Shown piece after piece: positions 1-7,919 of a stretch of DNA of 28,349 nucleotides; the first letter of the stretch is position 1; every line of letters begins with the position of its first letter. The notes beneath the pieces are model-generated. The model made no database searches and had not been told where the DNA came from. It worked only from the letters and a program-made list of their open reading frames with translations. A program made the position numbers and the translations under genes. Location: positions 1 to 28,349 of the forward strand of contig JBHLPW010000060.1 in NCBI GenBank assembly GCA_048939015.1. The letters run 5' to 3'. The stretch comes from Promethearchaeota archaeon. GTDB taxonomy: Archaea; Asgardarchaeota; Lokiarchaeia; Sigyniarchaeales; SOKP01.

Positions 1-3000
1 AGTCTGTTCACCAAATATTGTAATTGCTTGAATGAAGCCTGAAATGAGAATATTTTCTTCAAAATTGAATTCAGAAACATTTTTTGTGTAAATAGGCATT
101 CCACTATTTTTTTGAATAAGCATAATTCCTTGAATATTCTCTAAGTCTTTAAAGACTTGAATCTTATCTAGAAATTGTCTTTCTTTTTCTCTTTTCCTTG
201 GTAAATATATATAACTTCTTGCAATTAAGGCACCAAGAACTCCTATTATACATAATGCTATTATCGAGATAATCAAAACTAAACTATAATCTCCACCTGA
301 TTCTTGTAATACTACAATAAGAAAAGAAGATTCTGTATTTCTATAATATCCTCCTTCAACTGATATTAAAAGATTAATTCTAAGACTTCCCGATGCTTTA
401 CTTGGAATATCTAATTGAATTAGATAAGTCCCATCGCCTAAATTTTCAAATTCACCAAAACCGTACCTCCAGGTAAAAGTTATATTAGCATTAGTAATTA
501 AATCACCAGAATTTTGTTCACTCAAATTTATTTTAACTAATTGTGTGCTTCCAGCATATACATCTAGAGATTCTTCAAAACCTATAGTCCTCATTGAAAG
601 CTCTACTTGTTCTACTACTATTTTAATAATCTCTGAAAGAAAAACGTAGTTTTCTTTTTCAATGGAAACTGTTAAAAAATGAATCCCAATAGGCAGGAGT
701 CCTATACTTAGGATTGTATAATATTGTTGTCCATTTTCGTCTAAGATTCTTGAAATTCCTGATCCATTCAAATTTACTATCGCCCCAGAAATAAAAACAT
801 GAGTTAAAGAATCTTTATACAAAATAGTAATATTTAATATCTCATTCCATTGCATAGTTATAGTTTTTTCAGTTGTTTTGTCTTCTTGATTCAAATATAC
901 TTCTATATAAGTTGGATTCTCCTCTATTATTACATAAATGCTTTCAAATGCTGTTTGATATTCTGGATGACTTAATTGAAAGAATATTGCATAATTATCT
1001 ATCGAAAGTCCAACAGTTGAAAAATATACAATAAAACCATCAGTTACAGGAAAAATCGTATAGGATGATAGCCATGTGACATTTAATGTAGCTCCAGTAA
1101 TAATCTCACTTGTAGCTGCAATTGTAAAATTCACCTTTATATAAAAGCCATGATTTAACAATACATTAACAACCGTCTCATTTAAACTTACTGTTGTAGT
1201 AATAGGATTTACAATCACGCTAATAATTTCTGAAAGAAACAAAAAATCTTCTTTTTCAATTGTAATTGTTAAGAAATGAATTCCAACAGAGAGGGCCCCT
1301 GCGCTTAAATTAGTCTCATATTGTTGGCCACTTTCATCTAAGAGTCTTGAAATCCCTGAACCATTCAATGCCACTGTAGCACCCGGAATAAAATCATTGG
1401 TTAATGAATCCTTATACATAATAGTAATATTTAGATCCTCATCCGATAAAATTGTGATTGATTTTTGCATTGTCTTATCTGCTTGATTCAAATATAATTC
1501 GATATAAGTTGGATTTTCCTCTATAATTACAAATATGCTCTCGAAAGAGGTTTGATATTCTGGATGGCTTAATTGAAAGAATATTGAGTAGAAATCTACT
1601 GAAAGACTACTAGTAGAAAAGTGCACTATAAAACCATCAGCAACAGGAAAAATCGTATAGGATGATGGCCATGTGACATTTAAAGTAGCTCCACTAATAA
1701 TCTCACCCGTCGCTGCAATTGTATAATTCACCTTAATATAAAAGTCCCGATTTAATAGGACATTAATAATCGTCTCATTTAAACCTACCATTGTAGTAAT
1801 AGGATTTACAATTACGCTAATAATTTCTGAAATAAACATATGATTTTCTTTTTCAATTGTAATTGTTAAGAAATGAATTCCAATAGGTAAAGACCCTGCG
1901 CTTAAATTAGTCTCATATTGTTGGCCACTTTCATCTAAGAGTCTTGAAATCCCTGAACCATTCAATGCCACTGTAGCACCAGGAATAAAATCATTAGTTT
2001 TAGAGTCTTTAAAAAAAATAGTAACATTTAAATCCTCATTCGATTGGATTGTAATCGATTTTTCCATTGACTTATCTTCTTGATTCAAATAGATTTCAAT
2101 ATAATTTGGTTTTGAGGTTACACTTACAAATATACTTTTAAAAGCAGTTTGATATCCAGGATGACTTAATTGAAAAATTAACGTATAAATATCTATTGAA
2201 AGCCCACTAGTAGAAAGAAAAACTATGAAACCATCAGCAACGGGAGTAATCGTATAGGATGATACCCATGTCACATTTAATACGGCATCACTAATTATTT
2301 CGCCCGTTCCTGTTTCGGTATAATTTACTTTTAAATAAAAATTTTCGTTGAATACCACATTTACTTGAGATACATTTACTTTCACTGTGGCAGCTAAAGG
2401 TGTTATTTGCAAAGAAATATAACCTGTTATACTTCCATAATCAGTTTTATTAGCAAAAATAGTAACTGTATAAACTTCTGTAATACCTAAAGTTGGGAGA
2501 TTATATGTTGAAAAGTTAAGTTCATATACACCAGTACTAATATTTGTTACGGAATATGGATTCATCCAATCAGTAGTAATATTTGTATCACCCGGTAATA
2601 ATGCTCCTGAAATCGCTCCAGTAACATTTATCTGACAAATAGCATAATCATTTGCTATTGCATTGATAATATTATGCGGAACCTCTAATGCCAATGGTTG
2701 ATTTACTATTTTTAAATGTATTAGATTTCTTATTGATTGATTCTCATAGTAGCTTTTTGAAGCATTGAATGAAAAATAATAATCTCCAATTCCTAATCCA
2801 CTTGAATCAACATCGATAACATAGACTCCTGAACCAGTATAAGCCATATTTCCAGAAGTCCCGAAAGTCGAATTATAAGTTATTGTCGCAAAATCAATAT
2901 TTTGATTAAAATCTGAATCAACATATTTCACTCTAATTAAAAGGGGTTCTCCAGAAACCCTTTCTATATATGAATTTATAGCAGTGAGATTTGTATGATG

Positions 3001-4677
3001 CCATACATTAAAGGAAAATTGAGAAAATCCGATTTTATTTCTACTTAAATAAGATTGATCATTTGCCCATATTATACTTACTTGATATGTACCGACCGAC
3101 ATGTTATTTCCAACTATAAACTCGCCAAAATCTACATCATATAATAATGGTTCTTTTTGAATTTTCTTGAAAATTGTACCATTAGGATATTCAATTGTGC
3201 AGTTAATTTGCGTATTTGTTAAAGAAATTGTATTGTTTAAAGTTGCATCAATACGAAACTTATCACCATATGAAACACAGTATTCTTCATTATAGAATGT
3301 TCCATTCCAAACAACTATACTCCCTTTAGTAATATAATTTCGTCCATTTGCTTGAATCGACCATAAGCCAGGACCAAAACAATCCTGAGGAATTTTCAAA
3401 CTTGTTGATCCAAACTTACTTCCCGTGCAGCATCCTATTTTTTCCGTGTTATATCCATCTAAAATAGAAGTGATATTCCAGTCGTTTGGTTTATTTATCT
3501 TAGCCCAGTTATTTAAATAACCATAAGGAATTGAAAAAGAGCATTCTGTTTGCCAAATTATTTCATTATTTATAATATAAGTAGAACCTATTTGACCATC
3601 AATTGTAGAATTAAAAATTTTAACTGCTTCCGAAGTAATTGTTATATTATAAATTTCTAAATCTTCTACACCTGTAACATTTTCAGAAATCGTAAAAATT
3701 ACATCTGAAGTTCCTGTTCTTTGATGTTCAACATCAATAAAACTATACCCTTCTCCATATGTAGTTGGAGTGTAGCTATAATTCTCACTAAATTCGACAT
3801 CATAAGCCTTTACTAAATTAGAACTAATGGGTTTAGTCCAGATTTTAAATTCAACATTGTCAAATCGAATAAAATGATCTGCTGCTAGAACGGTAGTATC
3901 ATCATCAACAAAAACTCCCATTCTCACTGTAGCATTATCTGGTAAGGATTGACCTAAAACAATTGGATCATAGGTTATACTAGTTTTTGTCCAAGTATCT
4001 TGAACTAAATCTTTAAAGAGAATAGTATTATTAATCTCTTGTTCATTTATTTCTACTGAAAAAAATAGGCTAATGTTGTCTGGTATAGTTGGTCCGCCTT
4101 TTATATAATAATAGTCTAATGAAATTGAAGCTAATTTTTCTTCAGCAAACGTATCAGGAATGCTAATATTTTGTTCAAAATACGCAGATGTTTTAGCTGT
4201 TTTATCAAGAGTGTCTATTTGGATTTGAACATAACCTCCTGATTGCCATGGATTAATGGTGAGTTCGACTGGATCTTCGCTAAAATTACCCCACCCAGCA
4301 TCATTAGCAGTAAATGCTCCATTTGAGATCCAATCTTTTTGTTGGGCCACACCTTCATAAAGTATTGTTATATTTTTCGAAGTCCAGTCCTCTACTAAAG
4401 TGAAACTAACATTTCTAGGTAAAGTTGAGGGAAAAAAAGTATTAGAAATTGTGGCATGTTGATATATTAACAAAGGTTTTGCGTTTGGGGTATTTGAATT
4501 TATTTTAAGGTTTTTAAAATCATTAGTATTATCTTTAAATTGACTTTTATCATTTGAATTAATTACCGAAATTAAGGAATTATTAAAGTTTATAAAACTT
4601 AACAAAATTAAAATTGAAAATATAACAACTAATACGTGAATCCTTTTATTCTTTGAAGAATTGAGATTATAATTCAT
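1..4677 (-). CDS. Large single-pass membrane-anchored surface protein (>1559 aa, 3' end outside the window): N-terminal signal/anchor, beta-rich Ig-like ectodomain, TM helix, cytoplasmic longin/roadblock-like domain
   Basis: Hand-translated; absent from the ORF track because the stop lies beyond base 1. ATG at 4675-4677 (MNYNLNSSKNKRIHVLVVIFSILILLSF, basic then hydrophobic); upstream in-frame stop at 4693-4695; no stop seen in my reading of the frame. Many N-x-S/T sequons. TM YSLVLIISIIALCIIGVLGALIA (~223-288), then basic PRKREKER and tail IQGIMLIQKNSGMPIYTK...ENILISGFIQAITIFGEQT. Confidence 0.92.
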   Translation of the reverse strand, partial: MNYNLNSSKNKRIHVLVVIFSILILLSFINFNNSLISVINSNDKSQFKDNTNDFKNLKINSNTPNAKPLLIYQHATISNTFFPSTLPRNVSFTLVEDWTSKNITILYEGVAQQKDWISNGAFTANDAGWGNFSEDPVELTINPWQSGGYVQIQIDTLDKTAKTSAYFEQNISIPDTFAEEKLASISLDYYYIKGGPTIPDNISLFFSVEINEQEINNTILFKDLVQDTWTKTSITYDPIVLGQSLPDNATVRMGVFVDDDTTVLAADHFIRFDNVEFKIWTKPISSNLVKAYDVEFSENYSYTPTTYGEGYSFIDVEHQRTGTSDVIFTISENVTGVEDLEIYNITITSEAVKIFNSTIDGQIGSTYIINNEIIWQTECSFSIPYGYLNNWAKINKPNDWNITSILDGYNTEKIGCCTGSKFGSTSLKIPQDCFGPGLWSIQANGRNYITKGSIVVWNGTFYNEEYCVSYGDKFRIDATLNNTISLTNTQINCTIEYPNGTIFKKIQKEPLLYDVDFGEFIVGNNMSVGTYQVSIIWANDQSYLSRNKIGFSQFSFNVWHHTNLTAINSYIERVSGEPLLIRVKYVDSDFNQNIDFATITYNSTFGTSGNMAYTGSGVYVIDVDSSGLGIGDYYFSFNASKSYYENQSIRNLIHLKIVNQPLALEVPHNIINAIANDYAICQINVTGAISGALLPGDTNITTDWMNPYSVTNISTGVYELNFSTYNLPTLGITEVYTVTIFANKTDYGSITGYISLQITPLAATVKVNVSQVNVVFNENFYLKVNYTETGTGEIISDAVLNVTWVSSYTITPVADGFIVFLSTSGLSIDIYTLIFQLSHPGYQTAFKSIFVSVTSKPNYIEIYLNQEDKSMEKSITIQSNEDLNVTIFFKDSKTNDFIPGATVALNGSGISRLLDESGQQYETNLSAGSLPIGIHFLTITIEKENHMFISEIISVIVNPITTMVGLNETIINVLLNRDFYIKVNYTIAATGEIISGATLNVTWPSSYTIFPVADGFIVHFSTSSLSVDFYSIFFQLSHPEYQTSFESIFVIIEENPTYIELYLNQADKTMQKSITILSDEDLNITIMYKDSLTNDFIPGATVALNGSGISRLLDESGQQYETNLSAGALSVGIHFLTITIEKEDFLFLSEIISVIVNPITTTVSLNETVVNVLLNHGFYIKVNFTIAATSEIITGATLNVTWLSSYTIFPVTDGFIVYFSTVGLSIDNYAIFFQLSHPEYQTAFESIYVIIEENPTYIEVYLNQEDKTTEKTITMQWNEILNITILYKDSLTHVFISGAIVNLNGSGISRILDENGQQYYTILSIGLLPIGIHFLTVSIEKENYVFLSEIIKIVVEQVELSMRTIGFEESLDVYAGSTQLVKINLSEQNSGDLITNANITFTWRYGFGEFENLGDGTYLIQLDIPSKASGSLRINLLISVEGGYYRNTESSFLIVVLQESGGDYSLVLIISIIALCIIGVLGALIARSYIYLPRKREKERQFLDKIQVFKDLENIQGIMLIQKNSGMPIYTKNVSEFNFEENILISGFIQAITIFGEQT
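610..2400 (-). repeat. Three in-frame tandem repeats of 597 bp (199 aa), each two ~100-aa Ig-like modules
   Basis: Matching landmarks recur at a 597-bp period (taggatgat at 1061, 1658, 2255; ttgttg at 724, 1321, 1918). An 87-bp stretch is identical between 1297-1383 and 1894-1980. Protein motifs LNVTWxSSY, FQLSHPxYQT and GIHFLT occur in each unit. Confidence 0.93.
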
Positions 4678-4971
4678 TGCTAAATTCTTGCTTTAATTCT
4701 ATATTAATGATACCTATTATATTGCTAATCGTGATTTGAACCTTTAAATTTAATTTTTTTAATCTAATATTTTATAAATCGGAAATTGAAATATTAAAAT
4801 ATGTAGATAATATTTTATACGAATTCCTCACCTACTTTGAGTTTAAAAAAAGAATTTAATTTACTTGATAAAATCGTTCCTCAAATTCAGTATTTTCTTT
4901 TTGTCAAAGTTTTAAATAGGTCTAAGCATTTTCTTATAATTCAAATAAGATTAAAATGTAGAAAAAAAATT

Positions 4972-6093
4972 TTATTCTTTAAAATATTCTACTACTTTCT
5001 TTATACATCCAAATGAACTTTTTACTTTACTAATATCACAATTATAGGTTATATTATAAAGAACAATATGTTTTAGCCCAGCTCTAGCATATTCTTCAAG
5101 TTTAGAGATGATCTCATCTGGAGTACCATGTAAAAAGCTCTCATTGCATAACTTTGCAGGGACCTTACTCAATGCGTCAAGCATAGTTTCTCGATCGTAT
5201 TCTGTTGGGAAATAATGAAGAAGACCATAAAATTCTTTTCCAAATGGGTGTGAAAGCCCAAATTTTTCAAAATATTCATTTGATAGAATTAATAAATAAT
5301 TTTTTGCGTAGGCGGATTCTAATAACTCATCACATACACCATGATCTTCATCAATAATTATATTACACCATAACCCAGGTGTTATATCGTCAGGATTACG
5401 TCCAGCTTTTTTCGCTGAATTCTGAATAATTGCAAGTTTTTCTCTGTATGTTTTTGGATCAAAATTAGAAGGTAACCATCCATCTCCTAATCTACCAGTC
5501 ATTTCGCACATTTGAGGACCGTGTGCTGCAATCCATATAGGTGGATATTTTCCTTCTTCATAAGGTTTTATAGATAGAATAGCGTTTTTTAATTTCCAAA
5601 ACTTGCCGTCAAAATTAACTTTTTTTTCATTTTCCCAAAGAAGTTTTATAATTTTTATTGCTTCTTCCAATCTACTTACAGGTTTATCCCATTTTATACC
5701 ATAAGGAACTACATTTTCTCCTTCACCAGTACCAATCCCAAGAATTGCTCGTCCTTTTGATATATGATCTAAAGTTAAAAAGGTTTGAGCAAGAACAGCT
5801 GGATGTCTTCTAAATGTTTCAGTTACACTTGTACCTAATTTAATATTTTGGGTATTCCAAGCAGCAACTGACATTACTGGATAAACGTCGTAAAAATCAT
5901 GGGGACTATTTTGAATATTTGCCATTTCAATAAGATCTGGAGTCCAAATTGATTCTGGAATCCATCCCATTAAATGATCTGCAAACCATACTGAATCATA
6001 ACCACTATTTTCGATTCTTTTTATAGTTTCAATCCCTCTATCAAAAGGAGGGATAAATGTACCCTCTGTACCAATTTTTATATCTATGTCCAT
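4972..6093 (-). CDS. LLM-class flavin/F420-dependent oxidoreductase, phthiodiolone ketoreductase (Rv2951c)-like
   Basis: DSVWFADHL, RRHPAVLAQTFLTLDHISKGRAILGIGTGE, PIWIAAHGP, GDGW and GTPDEI are LLM motifs. ENVVPYGIKWDKPVSRLEEA and HPFGKEFYG match my recollection of the Rv2951c subfamily. Confidence 0.88.
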   Translation of the reverse strand: MDIDIKIGTEGTFIPPFDRGIETIKRIENSGYDSVWFADHLMGWIPESIWTPDLIEMANIQNSPHDFYDVYPVMSVAAWNTQNIKLGTSVTETFRRHPAVLAQTFLTLDHISKGRAILGIGTGEGENVVPYGIKWDKPVSRLEEAIKIIKLLWENEKKVNFDGKFWKLKNAILSIKPYEEGKYPPIWIAAHGPQMCEMTGRLGDGWLPSNFDPKTYREKLAIIQNSAKKAGRNPDDITPGLWCNIIIDEDHGVCDELLESAYAKNYLLILSNEYFEKFGLSHPFGKEFYGLLHYFPTEYDRETMLDALSKVPAKLCNESFLHGTPDEIISKLEEYARAGLKHIVLYNITYNCDISKVKSSFGCIKKVVEYFKE

Positions 6094-6255
6094 TTTCTCA
6101 CTCTTATGTATTTTAGTATTATAATAAAGAAATTCTAAAGATTTTATAAACCTCTAGAATTTTTACATTTATTAAAAGAAGTAAATTAAACCATAAATTC
6201 TGATAAATCAATTGTAAAATATATTAAAACATAATAAAAGAGTTTGATTTAAGTC

Positions 6256-7299
6256 ATGAAGTTTAGTTTCCATATCCCTGTCCCTACACCTCGGCTTGAA
6301 TATATGTTTCAAGGAACAAAAATGGCTGAAGAATGTGGGTTTTTTGGTGTTTTTTATGCAGATCACACCGTAATGTTACCTCCGGGTCCAGGAACATGTT
6401 ATGATGCTTATTGCTTTTTAACTTCATTAGCAATGATAACAAAAAAAATAAAATTATGTACAGGTGTTTCTGATTGTCATCGATTTCATCCAGCATTAAT
6501 GGCACACAAAGTTGCAACTTTAGACCAAATATCTAATGGAAGAGGCATGATAGGACTTGGAGCGGGAGAAGCAATGAATATTGACATGTACGGTATCGAA
6601 AGAAAGAATTCTGTATCAAAATTGCGAGAATATATTATCTTATTGAGAGAATTCTGGACGAAGAAAAAAGTAAGTAAAAAAAGTGAATTCTGGGGAGAAA
6701 TTAAAAAAGCTTATATTCAGATAAAACCTGTTCAGAAGACACCTCCTATTTATGTCGCTGCCAATGGCCCAAAAACCCGTAAACTGACTGGAGAATTAGC
6801 AAATGGTTGGTATCCACTTTATCAACCCCCTTGGCTCTATAAAGAGAAACAAAAAGAGGTTTCTGATTCAGCAAAAGCAACAGGTCGAGATCCAAATGAA
6901 ATTGATTATGTATACGATTGTTTTGTGGCTATTGATGATAAGGACCCTGATAATGCTATTAAAAGATGTGAATTCTTTAAAACCTCTTATCTATTGAATT
7001 CGTTCATTACGAATGAAGCCTATCCAAAATTAGATTTACCGGAAGATTTTAGTGTTCATGATTTTGAAATGACTAGTGTCAATTCAATGGATTACCTAAA
7101 CAATTTAGATAAATTACCTGATACAATTTTACAAGATACGAATTGCCTAGGTACTGTTGATGATGTAATTGCGAGTATAGAAAAATATAAAGAAGCAGGA
7201 GCGACACATATGAGTTTGATGAATAGAGGACCTGATACTAATAAAGTATATGAAATTTTTCGAGATAAAATAATACCTTATTTTGAAGAATTAGACTAA
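6256..7299 (+). CDS. LLM-class flavin/F420-dependent oxidoreductase
   Basis: YADH, HPALMAHKVATLDQISNGRGMIGLGAGE, PPIYVAANGP, ANGWYP, GTVDDV. Divergent from the first LLM gene; 4-bp convergent overlap with the GNAT gene. Confidence 0.88.
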   Translation: MKFSFHIPVPTPRLEYMFQGTKMAEECGFFGVFYADHTVMLPPGPGTCYDAYCFLTSLAMITKKIKLCTGVSDCHRFHPALMAHKVATLDQISNGRGMIGLGAGEAMNIDMYGIERKNSVSKLREYIILLREFWTKKKVSKKSEFWGEIKKAYIQIKPVQKTPPIYVAANGPKTRKLTGELANGWYPLYQPPWLYKEKQKEVSDSAKATGRDPNEIDYVYDCFVAIDDKDPDNAIKRCEFFKTSYLLNSFITNEAYPKLDLPEDFSVHDFEMTSVNSMDYLNNLDKLPDTILQDTNCLGTVDDVIASIEKYKEAGATHMSLMNRGPDTNKVYEIFRDKIIPYFEELD

Positions 7300-7841
7300 A
7301 TCTTCTCCTTTTTTTTCCATTCTTCGGCTAAAATACTCATTATAATTGCATCATGATATGCTCCCTTGGAAAACATAAATTTCCGTCTTCGCCCCTCTTC
7401 AATAAATCCGATTTTTTTATAGGTTTTTATTGCTCTTACATTATAATCATAGACTTGTAATTCGATTCTGTTTAAATTTACTGTGTTAAAACCATATTCT
7501 AATAAAAGTTCAATTGCCTCAGTACCATATCCCTTGTTTTGATACTCTTTTTCTCCAATTGTAATTCCAATTTCTGCCGATCTATTCTTCCAATCTATTC
7601 TATGTATCCCACAGTTGCCAATTAGCTTCTCTGACCCATCTTCATTTGGAAGTGTAATAGCTAAATGAATAGTATCCTCTCTATCTTTTAATTTCTCTAG
7701 CCAGTCCTCTTCTTCCATTCTCGTCATTGGACGATACATGACCAGATATTGAATGATTTCTGGATCATTGAACCACTTTAGGAAAGAATCTATATAATTC
7801 TTTTTAATCGGTCCCAACCTTACTCTCTCTCCCTTTAACAT
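7296..7841 (-). CDS. GNAT N-acetyltransferase, RimJ/RimL family
   Basis: AEIGITIGEKEYQNKGYGTEA (acetyl-CoA motif A), LNRIEL, NVRAIKTYKKIGFIEEG. Confidence 0.92.
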   Translation of the reverse strand: MLKGERVRLGPIKKNYIDSFLKWFNDPEIIQYLVMYRPMTRMEEEDWLEKLKDREDTIHLAITLPNEDGSEKLIGNCGIHRIDWKNRSAEIGITIGEKEYQNKGYGTEAIELLLEYGFNTVNLNRIELQVYDYNVRAIKTYKKIGFIEEGRRRKFMFSKGAYHDAIIMSILAEEWKKKEKI

Positions 7842-7919
7842 GAAAATTGTAAATTTACATTACAATAAAAAATTATGCTTTTTAATTACTTTTAATTTTA
7901 AAAAGAGAAAAAATGAGGA

